Assembly: GCA_958296135.2 (NCBI GenBank)
Contig: CATQHZ020000001.1
Coordinates: 800,001 to 864,000, forward strand
Source of the DNA: an uncultured Poribacteria bacterium
GTDB lineage: Bacteria > Poribacteria > WGA-4E > WGA-3G
Reading direction: 5' to 3'
Length of the DNA stretch: 64,000 nt
In this document: positions 37,876 through 47,800 of the stretch, one piece after another
Layout of the letters: each line of letters begins with the position of its first letter
Numbering within the stretch: position 1 is the stretch's first letter
The notes under the pieces: generated by a model
What the model saw: the letters and a program-made list of their open reading frames with translations, nothing else
Told to the model about the DNA's origin: nothing
Database searches by the model: none
Made by a program: the position numbers and the translations under genes

Positions 37876-39030
37876 CTAATTCACTCGCTGTAAGAGTGCG
37901 GTTATCCAGTTGATGCCGAAAGGTTCAAGCAGGATACCCATCACAAGTGCGACAAAAATGACCAGCTTGCCCCAATCTTGTCCTCTAAGACTTCCGAGGA
38001 GTCTTGGTTCCCTGGAGAGGTAAGCACTTGCAGCGTAGAGTTCTTCGCCAATGAGGGTGTAGTCACAGGCGGCAATCAAAAAGGGAAGTTGGTGTTCCGC
38101 GTCTGTTCCTGCAATCTGAATGGCACCAATGGAGTTTCCCGTTTCGGCGAGGATGAGCGATTCAGCGAAAAAAGTGCCTTGTAGAAATATCGCGGCAGGT
38201 TTCTCGCGTATCATCATGCCATCAACGCCTGCGGCGTAAGCGAACTGGTCTTGGGTGAGAAAGAAAATGTTGTCCTCGTTGTAGGCATCCGGACGGCCTT
38301 CATTGAGATAGGCGGTTTTCACCATCTCACGCACGACGTTCAGCACAATCGGATCCCGGCAAGGCACGCGGAGTGGCGTTTCATAGTCTGCTGTTCGCCT
38401 TGCAACCTGCCCTAGAATCGTCATACTTGCAATAGTGGCGACATCATCTACCGCGCCCATCCCTAACACGTATAAGATTGAACGTCCCATCTCCGTTGCT
38501 CTACCGATGGCCTCATCTACTGCCTCTAAGCCGGGGATGCGCCGGACAAATATCTCTTTGCCGCTTTGGGCGTAATAAATATTCCCGACAATTGCGGCGC
38601 AAAACAAAAGCATTGCGCAGAAGAGCGGGATTTTGCCGGTGTGAAACCACTGGCCTGTTGCTTGAACGGGCGCGGTTGGCACGGAATCTGCTGTCTCCCC
38701 CGTTTCGCCAACGGCGCGGACGAGGTAAACATAATCGGTTCCTGTTTCAACAGATGAATCAACATACGTTGTCGTTGTTGTCGTTTTGGTGTCCCCGATT
38801 TCCTCAAGCGTCTCCGGCGTTGTGCCGCGCAGAATTTTGTAATTGGTGATACCGCCGCTATCCTCTGCCGCTGCATCCCATGTCAGCGTGATGCTTTTGC
38901 CATCGTCGTTCGGCGTATCTTTGGCGGTAACGTTTGTCGGCGGCGCGAGCCCTTGCGCAAACGCGACACCTGCGCATAAGCAGAAAACGAAGCAGGCAAG
39001 TATCAATTGCATTCGGCTGTTAAGTGTCAT
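37876..39030 (-). CDS. FN3 + DUF6754-like membrane protein (gene A of module)
   Basis: Signal peptide; FN3 'PPTNVTAKDTPNDDG.SITLTW'; 'RRIPGLEAVDEAIGRATEMGR', 'QFAYA', 'ESLILAE', 'DYTLIGEELYAASAYL'. Confidence 0.85.
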   Translation of the reverse strand: MTLNSRMQLILACFVFCLCAGVAFAQGLAPPTNVTAKDTPNDDGKSITLTWDAAAEDSGGITNYKILRGTTPETLEEIGDTKTTTTTTYVDSSVETGTDYVYLVRAVGETGETADSVPTAPVQATGQWFHTGKIPLFCAMLLFCAAIVGNIYYAQSGKEIFVRRIPGLEAVDEAIGRATEMGRSILYVLGMGAVDDVATIASMTILGQVARRTADYETPLRVPCRDPIVLNVVREMVKTAYLNEGRPDAYNEDNIFFLTQDQFAYAAGVDGMMIREKPAAIFLQGTFFAESLILAETGNSIGAIQIAGTDAEHQLPFLIAACDYTLIGEELYAASAYLSREPRLLGSLRGQDWGKLVIFVALVMGILLEPFGINWITALLQRVN

Positions 39031-39076
39031 ATCATTTCCCTCGTATACCGTGGGGCGGGGGCCTGTCCCCCGCGTT

Positions 39077-40168
39077 TTAAAAACTTTGCGCAATCGCTGC
39101 GAGCATTTCTTGTTTACCGATATCATCGCGGATGACGACTTCGCCGATGCGCGTCGGTAGGATGAGGCGGAGTGTGCCGCCTATCGTCTTTTTGTCTAAA
39201 TACATCGCGCTATGCAACGCTTCAGGCGAAACATCCGAGGGGAAACGCGTCGGCAGATTCGCCTCCTTCAAAAGCGCGCACTGCCGATGAAAATCGGTTT
39301 CCGAAAACATCCCCAAATTAACCGCCAACCGCGCTGCACACGTCATCCCGATGGCGACTGCCTCACCGTGCCGATACCGCTTGTAATCGGTGACGGCCTC
39401 GAGCGCGTGCCCGAAGGTATGTCCGTAGTTTAGCACCATCCGCAAGCGGCTCTCTTTTTCGTCTTGCGCGACGATGTCTGCTTTGTTGGCACACGCGCGC
39501 GCAATCATCTCAATAAGCGTTGATGCATCCGCGTTTAAAATAGCGGCGAGGTTTTCTTCCACCATCGCAAATAGCGGTTCATCGCGGATAACGCCCATTT
39601 TAATCACTTCAATCAGCCCGGCTCGGATGTCGCGTTGCGGCAACGATGTCAGCGTGTCTACGTCAATCATCACCAATTTTGGCTGATGGAACGCGCCGAT
39701 GAGGTTCTTGCTTTTCGGATGGTTAATCGCCGTTTTGCCGCCGACGCTGGCATCGACTTGCGCTTGGAGCGTCGTTGGGATTTGCACATAGGCGATGCCG
39801 CGCATGTAAACCGCCGCCGAGAATCCCGCCAGATCGCCGATGACACCGCCGCCGAGCGCGATGAGCGTTGAGCCTCTGTCCAGCTGATGCGCCACTAAAC
39901 TATCCTGCACGCGGACAAACTGCGCAATCGATTTGCTGTTTTCGCCGATGGGCACTTCCACCGAGCCTACGTCAAACCCGGCGTTGATAAGGCTCTCGCG
40001 AACGACAGGCAGATAGCGCGTTGTGACAAACGCATCCGAAACGATGAGGGCCCGCTTTGATTTGATGTGCGGTGCGAGCTTCTCGCCGATTTCGCCGAGA
40101 ATGCCTTGCCCAACGTGGATAGGATACCTGTTTGCGCCGAGTTCAACATATAAGGTGGTTGTTTCCAT
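39077..40168 (-). CDS. aroB: 3-dehydroquinate synthase
   Basis: 'ALGGGVIGDLAGF', 'PTTLQAQVDASVGGKT', 'KNLIGAF', 'LNYGHTFGHALE', 'HGEAV'. Confidence 0.96.
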   Translation of the reverse strand: METTTLYVELGANRYPIHVGQGILGEIGEKLAPHIKSKRALIVSDAFVTTRYLPVVRESLINAGFDVGSVEVPIGENSKSIAQFVRVQDSLVAHQLDRGSTLIALGGGVIGDLAGFSAAVYMRGIAYVQIPTTLQAQVDASVGGKTAINHPKSKNLIGAFHQPKLVMIDVDTLTSLPQRDIRAGLIEVIKMGVIRDEPLFAMVEENLAAILNADASTLIEMIARACANKADIVAQDEKESRLRMVLNYGHTFGHALEAVTDYKRYRHGEAVAIGMTCAARLAVNLGMFSETDFHRQCALLKEANLPTRFPSDVSPEALHSAMYLDKKTIGGTLRLILPTRIGEVVIRDDIGKQEMLAAIAQSF

Positions 40169-40256
40169 AGTTCTCACGTTCAAGAGATGTCTGACATCCA
40201 AGCAATCTTCAGGGTGGTTATAGAAATCCACCCTTACAATTCAGCGGGACTTGGCA

Positions 40257-40802
40257 TTATTCCGATTGTCGGTTAACGACACGATAAAAAACAGACCGGA
40301 TGTGCGCGACGATGTCACCAAACGAGCACCCCGTAGTCTTCACTGTATAGTCGGCTTGCGCGTAATAGGGATGCCGTTCCACCAGCATTGTCTGAATCTT
40401 CGCCATCGCATCCGGTGTCTGTAACAGGGGCCGGTGCGTTTGGTGCCCGACGCGCCGATAGATTTCCTCTGTCGTTGCTGTTAAGCAGAATACGACACCG
40501 TTCCGCTTCAGGTTTTCCATATTCGCCGCTTTCAGGACAACGCCGCCGCCGGTGGCGATGACGTGGTTATGGCGTTTTGAGACTTTGCGCACTGCCTTGC
40601 TTTCGAGTTGCCGAAAAGTTGCTTCCCCATCTTCGGCGAAGATGTCGCTGATGCGTCGCCGGTTGTCCTGCTCAATGACATCGTCTGTATCAACGTAGCG
40701 CATGCGGAGTTGCGTGGCGAGCCGCCTCCCGATGGAAGTTTTCCCGGTGCCCATAAACCCGACGAGGACGATGTTTGGCTTTTTGCCCAAAGGTCTGTTC
40801 AC
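40257..40802 (-). CDS. aroK: Shikimate kinase
   Basis: 'LVGFMGTGKTSIG', 'GEATFRQLE', 'ATGGGVV', 'RPLL'. Confidence 0.95.
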   Translation of the reverse strand: MNRPLGKKPNIVLVGFMGTGKTSIGRRLATQLRMRYVDTDDVIEQDNRRRISDIFAEDGEATFRQLESKAVRKVSKRHNHVIATGGGVVLKAANMENLKRNGVVFCLTATTEEIYRRVGHQTHRPLLQTPDAMAKIQTMLVERHPYYAQADYTVKTTGCSFGDIVAHIRSVFYRVVNRQSE

Positions 40803-40970
40803 AGCAATCCTACCTTAAAAACGGAATCTGATTTTATTATAGCATATTCCCGAACAAATTGTGAAGTTGCGCAGGATTTGCAGGATGACGTTTCTTCGTC
40901 CTCACAAAACAGACACATCCCATAGGCGCGGTTTGAAACTGCGACTCCGGCTTTACCAGTTAATCGCGGA

Positions 40971-42551
40971 TTAATGCCGGAAATGCCGCACGCCTGTAAG
41001 CACCATCGCCATGCCGTAAGCGTCAGCTGTCTCGATTACCGGTTCATCATTGACGGAGCCGCCGGGTTGAATGATGGCAGAGATACCCGCTTCACCCGCG
41101 ATTTCAACCCCATCGGGGAACGGGAAATAGGCATCTGATGCGAGGACTGCGCCCTCCGCCTTCTCACCCGCTTTGCGGACAGCGATGATGGCCGAATCCA
41201 CCCGACTCATCTGCCCGGCACCGATGCCGACAGTTTGTGTGCCTCGCGCTAGCAGAATGCAGTTGGATTTGACGTGTTTGCATGCCTGCCACGCGAAAAG
41301 TAAAGATTCTACCTCGGCATCGGTAGGCGCGCGCTTCGTTACGACTTGTAGCGCATCAGCCTGCATCTCGTGGGCATCCGGTGTCTGAACCAGCACCCCA
41401 CCCGTAACGTTCCGAATCTGCAAAACAGAGTCTGTCTGGTGTAACGCGCCTGTCTCCAGAATCGGGCGGCGTTTGACGCGCGAGAGCGCGCGCAGTGCCT
41501 TTTCGGTATAGCTTGGCGCGATAATCGCGTCGATTTTAACGCCTGCGTTTGCCGCTTCGCGGATAGTGTTCGCTGTCTGAATTGTCATCCTGCGATTTAG
41601 GCCGACAACGGAGCCGAACGCCGAAACCCTGTCGCATTCCAACGCGTTCGTGAACGCTGCCTGCAGGTTTTCAGCAGTGGCGAGCCCGCATGGGTTGTTA
41701 TGTTTGATAATCGCGCACGCCGGTTGCGCGAAATCCTTGACTATCTCCAGCGCGGCCGCTAAATCGAGGATGTTATTGAAAGATAGCGGTTGTCCACTGA
41801 GCTGCTTTGCCCATGCGGCACACGGTTCCGGTGCGTTCTCGGTGCGATAGAAGGCGGCGCGTTGGTGCGGGTTTTCGCCATAGCGGAGCGTGCTTGCCTT
41901 TTTGAAACGGAGCGTGAGCGTCTCCCCGAATTCCTCTGAGGTAGGCGTGCTTTCCAAGCGCGCTATGTCAGTAAGATACGCAGCAATCGCGCCATCATAA
42001 TGCGCGGTGTGGGCAAACGCGGCTTTCCCCAGGTCGAACCGTGTCGCCTCTGACAGGCATCCATCGTTCGCGGCGAGTTCAGAGATAACGCGCGGATATT
42101 GGCTGACATCAGTGAGGACAGCGACGTGCCGATAATTCTTCGCTGCGGCGCGAATTATCGTCGGGCCGCCGATGTCAATATTTTCAATCGCTTCGGCGAG
42201 TGTGACATCCTGTCTTGCCACGGTTGCCTCAAACGGATAGAGGTTGGATATCACCAAATCGATGGAAGTGATGCCGTGTGCTGCCGCTTGCGTGCTGTGT
42301 TCCGGATTATCCCATTCCGTGAGGAGCCCGCCGTGGATTTTCGGGTGGAGCGTCTTGACTCTGCCATCGAACAACTCCGGAAACCCTGTGTAGTCAGAGA
42401 CATCAATGATGTCAATGCCTGCTTCGCGGAGGTGTCGCGCCGTGCCGCCGGTGGACAACATTTCCACCCCGCGCTCGGCGAGGACGTTTGCTATCTCTAA
42501 AAGGTTGGTTTTGTCATAAACGCTCATTAAAGCGCGTTCGATTTTCTTCAT
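40971..42551 (-). CDS. purH: Bifunctional AICAR transformylase/IMP cyclohydrolase
   Basis: 'STGGTA', 'GRVKTLHP', 'IDIGGP', 'LRYGENPHQ', 'KHNNPCG', 'GQMSRVDS', 'RHFRH'. Confidence 0.97.
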   Translation of the reverse strand: MKKIERALMSVYDKTNLLEIANVLAERGVEMLSTGGTARHLREAGIDIIDVSDYTGFPELFDGRVKTLHPKIHGGLLTEWDNPEHSTQAAAHGITSIDLVISNLYPFEATVARQDVTLAEAIENIDIGGPTIIRAAAKNYRHVAVLTDVSQYPRVISELAANDGCLSEATRFDLGKAAFAHTAHYDGAIAAYLTDIARLESTPTSEEFGETLTLRFKKASTLRYGENPHQRAAFYRTENAPEPCAAWAKQLSGQPLSFNNILDLAAALEIVKDFAQPACAIIKHNNPCGLATAENLQAAFTNALECDRVSAFGSVVGLNRRMTIQTANTIREAANAGVKIDAIIAPSYTEKALRALSRVKRRPILETGALHQTDSVLQIRNVTGGVLVQTPDAHEMQADALQVVTKRAPTDAEVESLLFAWQACKHVKSNCILLARGTQTVGIGAGQMSRVDSAIIAVRKAGEKAEGAVLASDAYFPFPDGVEIAGEAGISAIIQPGGSVNDEPVIETADAYGMAMVLTGVRHFRH

Positions 42552-42644
42552 GTTTTTTGTAGGAGTGTAGGTATGGTTAAGTTCGTTAGGACTTACGTCA
42601 ACCTAGCGATGGGAACGGGCGGAGATAGACATCCGCTCGGACAA

Positions 42645-43970
42645 TCAGCTGACATATCGCGGGAAGCCAAACCCGTCATTCGCGACGTGACTGCGCGCGG
42701 GTATCTGCGAACGGTTCGGAATAATTAGATCCATTTCTGACGTATTTTCAATAATCGTGCCGTCACCGATGCGCACGCCATCGCCGATATAAATCTTACC
42801 GGGATGCTCGGAGGCACCGCGGATAGTGCCGATGACAACTGACGAGCCGATGCGGCACTGCTCCTCAATCTCAACAAACCCGTAAATCTCAGTGTTTGTG
42901 CCGACAGTGGAATGTGCTGCAATTTGCACCGGCCCGAGGAGGCTGGTGTCCGTGCCGATCTCAACGAAATTGCTGATGACAGGGTGCCGTTGCTTCACTT
43001 TGACGCTCAAGCCGCCGAGTGTGCATGGATAAATCACGCACCCTGAGCCGATGATGCCGGTTTGCCCTGTTGTCACCCCACGATGCGGATGCTCCAGGAG
43101 ATTGGCATCGCCTATTTGGGTTTCCGGGTGAAGGTCTGCCTGATAGTAACGTCCGCCGAGTTCCGAAATAGCGCGCGGTAACAGTGGCACTGGCACTCGG
43201 TGAATATCCGAGTTGTCCGCAGCGGGCCCGCTGCGCGTCAAAGCGTGCGCTACATCGTGGTAAAATAACACGCGCCAGCCGGGGTAAGTGCTGATGACGA
43301 GTTGCAACTGGTAGTTCAAGATTTTTTTTGCCAAATCGTCGGCGAGATTCAGCGTGGCGAGGTAATCTTGGTACGGTTCAAAGGTGCGTTCCTGAATCGC
43401 TTCATCAATTTTCGCGCGAAAGTTGAGCGCGGCCAGTTTTTCACGAGAGATTCCGGTGTGGAGAAGATAGGCATCCCAGACGGCCGGGTCCTTCAGGGAA
43501 GCGAATCGGTTCCACAGTGCGCGGCTTTTTAACCGCGGCAGCTCCCAGAGCAGTGAGAACGCAGTCTCCAGCGCGACACTGAGGTGCGTTTCGTCGGCGA
43601 CTGCTAAAAAAGATTGCGCTACCATGGCGTAAAGCTGGTCTGCTACTTCTTCGATAGCTGCCTCGAATTTCTGCTTTTGGTGATGCGGGTGCGGCGCGTT
43701 ATGCGAGCCGGGTGCGATGCACTCGAGCAAATTTCCAAGCACTGTCTCAAGAATATCGCGATTCACAAACCCGCGCCCGGAACGTTGTGACAACACCTCG
43801 CGGCTCGTGCTGTCGATGCGCAAGACGTTCAACTCTGCCTGACTATAGATGGGGCGGAGCCGCTCCAACGTATCGGAGAGCAGCGGGTGCTTTCGGCGTT
43901 CGTAAGCTGCATCAAAAAGCGTTGTTTTTTCTGTATTCCCCAAAGGGAGTGACAGCATCGATTTATGCAT
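42645..43970 (-). CDS. Divergent serine O-acetyltransferase-like hexapeptide-repeat protein with long N-terminal helical region
   Basis: 'YPG....YH.VAHAL', 'VPLLPRAISE', 'DLHP.TQIG', 'EHP', 'TLGG...KQRHP'; left-handed beta-helix repeats. Confidence 0.7.
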   Translation of the reverse strand: MHKSMLSLPLGNTEKTTLFDAAYERRKHPLLSDTLERLRPIYSQAELNVLRIDSTSREVLSQRSGRGFVNRDILETVLGNLLECIAPGSHNAPHPHHQKQKFEAAIEEVADQLYAMVAQSFLAVADETHLSVALETAFSLLWELPRLKSRALWNRFASLKDPAVWDAYLLHTGISREKLAALNFRAKIDEAIQERTFEPYQDYLATLNLADDLAKKILNYQLQLVISTYPGWRVLFYHDVAHALTRSGPAADNSDIHRVPVPLLPRAISELGGRYYQADLHPETQIGDANLLEHPHRGVTTGQTGIIGSGCVIYPCTLGGLSVKVKQRHPVISNFVEIGTDTSLLGPVQIAAHSTVGTNTEIYGFVEIEEQCRIGSSVVIGTIRGASEHPGKIYIGDGVRIGDGTIIENTSEMDLIIPNRSQIPARSHVANDGFGFPRYVS

Positions 43971-44092
43971 TTTTTTTCGTATGGCCTGGCGGTGGTTGAA
44001 GGTTTTGACGCGTGGGCACTTTTCGGTTCAGGCCATCTTGACGTTGTCAAGACTTGCGTCCTCTTGCCTCTTTCGGCGTGGAGAAATCCTTT

Positions 44093-45244
44093 CTACCGAC
44101 TCAAAACTTCTTGGGCGGCGGCGACACCGGCACCCAGCGGCAGCTTGCATCCCACTTCTACCAAGCCTCTCTCAAACGCAGCGATGGCGACAATGACATC
44201 GTTTTCATTTATCCACCCGAGGTGCGCGATGCGGGCGATTTTTCCGCGCAATTGGCTTTGCCCGCCGGCGTAGGTAATCCCATGTTTTTCTCGCATGAGT
44301 GCGATGAACGCCTTTCCATCAACTTCTGCTGGCAAACGGATTGAAGTTAACGTATTTGCGGGGCGCGTTGCGAACGGCTGTAGTCCGAGTGCAGCGATGG
44401 CACTTCGCGTTGCTTGCGCCAAGCGCGCGTGCCGAGCAATGGTGTTCCGGATACCTTCGGCACATAAAAGATTGAGGGATGCCTGTAACGCGTGGATGAG
44501 CGTTATCGCCGGCGTGTAGGGGGTAGAACCCTCGCTACCCGCGTCGCGTGCCTTGCGGAAGTCCAGATAGTATTTCGGCAAATCGGCACGTGCGACAGCC
44601 TCCCACGCGCGAGCATTGAGAGAAGCGAAGGCGATGCCGGGCGGTGTCATCAACCCTTTTTGTGAACAGGATACGACGGCATCTACGCCCCACGTGTCCA
44701 TCTGCAAGTCATCCGCGCCGAGCGCGCTGACGGCATCGACAACTAGCAGCGTTGGACGAACCTGCGTCAATTGCGCCAATGCCTCAATGTCATGCAAGGC
44801 TCCGGTTGAGGTTTCGCAAAGCGTAGCGAAAACCGCCTTCACCTCTGGATACGCGGTGAGGTGAGATGCCACCACGGATGGCTCAACCGACTCACCCCAT
44901 GTTACATGAATCGGGATAACTTCAACGCCGTATGCGGTGCAAATATCGCTCCACCGTTCGCCGAATTTGCCGCTGCGGATGACAAGCACCTTATCGCCAC
45001 GGCATAGCAGGTTTGCAACTGCGCCTTCCATGGCACCCGTGCCGGACGTGGTGAGGCACAGCACATCGTTCTCGGTTTGGAAGACGTGCTTGAGTTTCTC
45101 TAGCACATCCTGAATTAACGCCGCGGCGGCAGGGCTTCGGTGATAGTCGATCGGTTGCGCCATCGCCAGCGACGTTTCGGGCGGAAGTGGCGTAGGACCG
45201 GGGGTAAAGAGCAGCGGCTTCTTCATATTTTTCGGGTTTAGCAT
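44093..45244 (-). CDS. Class V PLP aminotransferase (alanine/serine-glyoxylate family)
   Basis: 'LFTPGP', 'SGTGAME', 'GKFGERW', 'ETSTG', 'VDAVS', 'SQKGLMTPPG', 'RIAHLG'. Confidence 0.92.
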   Translation of the reverse strand: MLNPKNMKKPLLFTPGPTPLPPETSLAMAQPIDYHRSPAAAALIQDVLEKLKHVFQTENDVLCLTTSGTGAMEGAVANLLCRGDKVLVIRSGKFGERWSDICTAYGVEVIPIHVTWGESVEPSVVASHLTAYPEVKAVFATLCETSTGALHDIEALAQLTQVRPTLLVVDAVSALGADDLQMDTWGVDAVVSCSQKGLMTPPGIAFASLNARAWEAVARADLPKYYLDFRKARDAGSEGSTPYTPAITLIHALQASLNLLCAEGIRNTIARHARLAQATRSAIAALGLQPFATRPANTLTSIRLPAEVDGKAFIALMREKHGITYAGGQSQLRGKIARIAHLGWINENDVIVAIAAFERGLVEVGCKLPLGAGVAAAQEVLSR

Positions 45245-45316
45245 TGTGAGGTTTCTGACGCAATTAAGCCACCGGACAGATCGCGTCAGAGGGCTCTGAT
45301 GCCTCCCTCCTCTTCC

Positions 45317-45532
45317 TTAGGCGGTGCCTACCGCGATGACTTTTTTGCCCTCCACTTCAACGACGATCCACTCCTGGTCTAACAGTTCGCAGAGGTGCAG
45401 AATCGCGGCGCGCTGTCCGGTGCTATCCATCGGGACTTCAATGGTGAGCGTTGCGAATTCTTCCTTCTGCACTTCGCCGTCTTTGTCAAATTTCATCGGC
45501 GTGATCTGGATTTTCTTCAATTTTGCGTCCAT
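45317..45532 (-). CDS. Small hypothetical protein (71 aa)
   Basis: GAGGAG RBS; globular beta-alpha-beta-like composition; fills the intergenic gap. Confidence 0.75.
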   Translation of the reverse strand: MDAKLKKIQITPMKFDKDGEVQKEEFATLTIEVPMDSTGQRAAILHLCELLDQEWIVVEVEGKKVIAVGTA

Positions 45533-45590
45533 GTTTTTATGTTTCTCCTCAGTCTGTAAGCGCGCTTTGAAAGCGCGCCTACCGAGCCAA

Positions 45591-46613
45591 TTATCTTTCA
45601 GCCATGAAGGCTGCTACATCTACACATTCCCCAGTTCGGCGGGCAGAGTGCCATCCTGCCAAGACGGGGGCTAAAGAGAAGAGTCCGTCGTGGTAATCGC
45701 TACGGAGAAGGCTTGCATCTCCTGTCTGGACAGCGCGGATAAAAACGCTGTCTTGTTCTAACCACGGGTCAAACTCGTCTGCCTGATAGACAACTTCGTT
45801 GTTCACTTCGAGCCGCTCGTACCGGTAAATTGCGAGGTAGCCGCCTTCATAGAAGACGGTGAACCACGGTTCCGCCTTTGGGCTCTGTCCGGCGGAGACA
45901 AAGCTGAGCGTCATCGTTGCGCCGTTGTCAAAGCGGTAATTAAAACTTGATGACAAGGCGTTCGCGTATGCTGTCCGTTCACAGTAGAACGCCTGCGCTT
46001 GCGCGACGTTTAAACCTGTCATAAACCGGCTGTAATCCGTTGCATGCACGCCCCAGTCGAGGGCGCGGCCGCCGGATTTATCCATTTCTGCCCACCACGT
46101 CTGTGGCTCCTTGCTTTTAGCAGGTGGGAGTCCGCCGAAGCTCTGGAAGCGGATATGCACAATGTGCTTGTCTGCCAGAAACCGGTGTGCTTCTTGAAAA
46201 ATCGGCCGATACCGTTCACGAAACCCGACAGTGCTGATGACCCCGGTTTTCTGAATAGCGTTGTCAATTCGCTGGGCAACCTCCATGGTGAGTGCCTGCG
46301 GCTTCTCGCTGAAGAGATGAATGCCCTTTTCGGCGGCGGTGACTTCAACATCGGTGCGCACATAAGCCGGCACAATAGAGTATAGCACATCGATGGCTTC
46401 GGTGTCAAGCATTTCGTGGGCCCCACCGTTCTCGCTGTGGTAAACGCGCGGGATGCCGAAGCGCGATGCAGTTTCCTGCGCCGTCTGGGGGTTGTTATCG
46501 CACACGGCGACGATGTCAACCGAACCGAGTTGCATGAGGTTTGGGATTCGGGTTCGGTTTGCGAAGTTTCCACAGCCGTAGAAAGCGACGCGGAGGCGTG
46601 GGGTTGTTCGCAC
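45591..46613 (-). CDS. Gfo/Idh/MocA-family oxidoreductase
   Basis: 'VAFYGCGNFA', 'AVCD', 'HLFSEKP', 'SGG.ALDWGVH'. Confidence 0.92.
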   Translation of the reverse strand: MRTTPRLRVAFYGCGNFANRTRIPNLMQLGSVDIVAVCDNNPQTAQETASRFGIPRVYHSENGGAHEMLDTEAIDVLYSIVPAYVRTDVEVTAAEKGIHLFSEKPQALTMEVAQRIDNAIQKTGVISTVGFRERYRPIFQEAHRFLADKHIVHIRFQSFGGLPPAKSKEPQTWWAEMDKSGGRALDWGVHATDYSRFMTGLNVAQAQAFYCERTAYANALSSSFNYRFDNGATMTLSFVSAGQSPKAEPWFTVFYEGGYLAIYRYERLEVNNEVVYQADEFDPWLEQDSVFIRAVQTGDASLLRSDYHDGLFSLAPVLAGWHSARRTGECVDVAAFMAER

Positions 46614-46836
46614 TGTAAACGTCCTCCTTTTTCGATGTGTCTATAGGATACCACGATTTTCGATTAAATTGCAAATCCAATGCCGTTAACCCCAGAACGA
46701 TTCAGTTCGCCTTTTCTGTTGTCTGCGCTCGCCAGATTGCAAACGGGTCAAGATCAGGTGAAGATTAAAGAAATAAACGGCTAATTTTTCTCCGGCGGGT
46801 GCGCTGGCGGCAGCGTTTTCGCTGCAGTCCGGTCCG

Positions 46837-47730
46837 CTAACCATTGCGCCAAGGTGGCACATCCCACGTGTTGAACCATTCCCACTTCCAGATAACTTGT
46901 TTCTCTGGCATCTGCACCTCGTATTCTATGCCGGCGGTGAAAGGCAGCAGGCGCGTTCTATCACCGACGATATCACGCATCGACTCAATAAACGCCATGG
47001 TATCGGTGACATTGGGGGGCCAGTGTCCGGCAGGAATCGGGTCGGCGTGCCGGTCGGTGCGGTAATGCGTCGGTATCATGAAACGGGGTTGGATGAGTGC
47101 CAGCAGCTCTATCAGCCGATGTGAAAGTCCCTCCCCGATGCCGGTTTTCATGTGAATTAGAAAATCGACTTTGCCGCGGAGATTTGCTAGCGCGGGGTAA
47201 GGTTCATGCAAATCGCCGGTGTGTAATATAGATATATTCTTTGGGACATGCGTTATCAGATAGCCGTTTGTTGGCAGTTGCGGACTCTGATTTTCGCCGC
47301 TTTCGATCGTCTCAACTTGAATTACGCCGAGGTCTGCCGTTGTTCTTCCGGGAAATTGGCGCGATGCGCCTTGCGTCGCGTTGAGATATTCGGGATAAAG
47401 CACTTCTACCTTATCGGCGGGGACGTGCTTGGTAATCGGCAGGTCGCGTTCAAAAGCGGCATCTCCGTATTTCTCATCAATCGGTTCCGCGGGCGTGATA
47501 CAGCCGATATTGACAAATAGTTTTTTGAAACGCGCGCCGCGGCACAGCTGACGCAGAGTTTCGGGGTGACAGTGGTCGAAGTGTTCGTGGGAGATGAAGA
47601 TGTAGTCGTATATGGGTTGGGCATCGGCGAGGTTCTGATTGAACAGGTACGGGTCGAACGCGATGTTGATATCCCCGAGGCGTGCGTCAAACGCGCCGCA
47701 TCCCCACCATCTGAAAAAGAGATTGTCCAT
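46837..47730 (-). CDS. Metallo-beta-lactamase-fold hydrolase (UlaG-like)
   Basis: 'FDPY', 'ISHEHFDH', 'HTGD', 'IPTHY'. GGAGG RBS before ATG 47730. Confidence 0.85.
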   Translation of the reverse strand: MDNLFFRWWGCGAFDARLGDINIAFDPYLFNQNLADAQPIYDYIFISHEHFDHCHPETLRQLCRGARFKKLFVNIGCITPAEPIDEKYGDAAFERDLPITKHVPADKVEVLYPEYLNATQGASRQFPGRTTADLGVIQVETIESGENQSPQLPTNGYLITHVPKNISILHTGDLHEPYPALANLRGKVDFLIHMKTGIGEGLSHRLIELLALIQPRFMIPTHYRTDRHADPIPAGHWPPNVTDTMAFIESMRDIVGDRTRLLPFTAGIEYEVQMPEKQVIWKWEWFNTWDVPPWRNG

Positions 47731-47800
47731 GATGAATCCTCCCACACCGTAGAGCGGGAGCTGATGCTCCCATCCTACGGTAGGTGAGTAGGAAAATGCG

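Noticed and set aside
42552-42644. ZMP/ZTP riboswitch upstream of purH
   Set aside because: The short gap is occupied by a 22-bp palindrome and a TAGGACTTACG repeat-like motif; the aptamer consensus is not seen.
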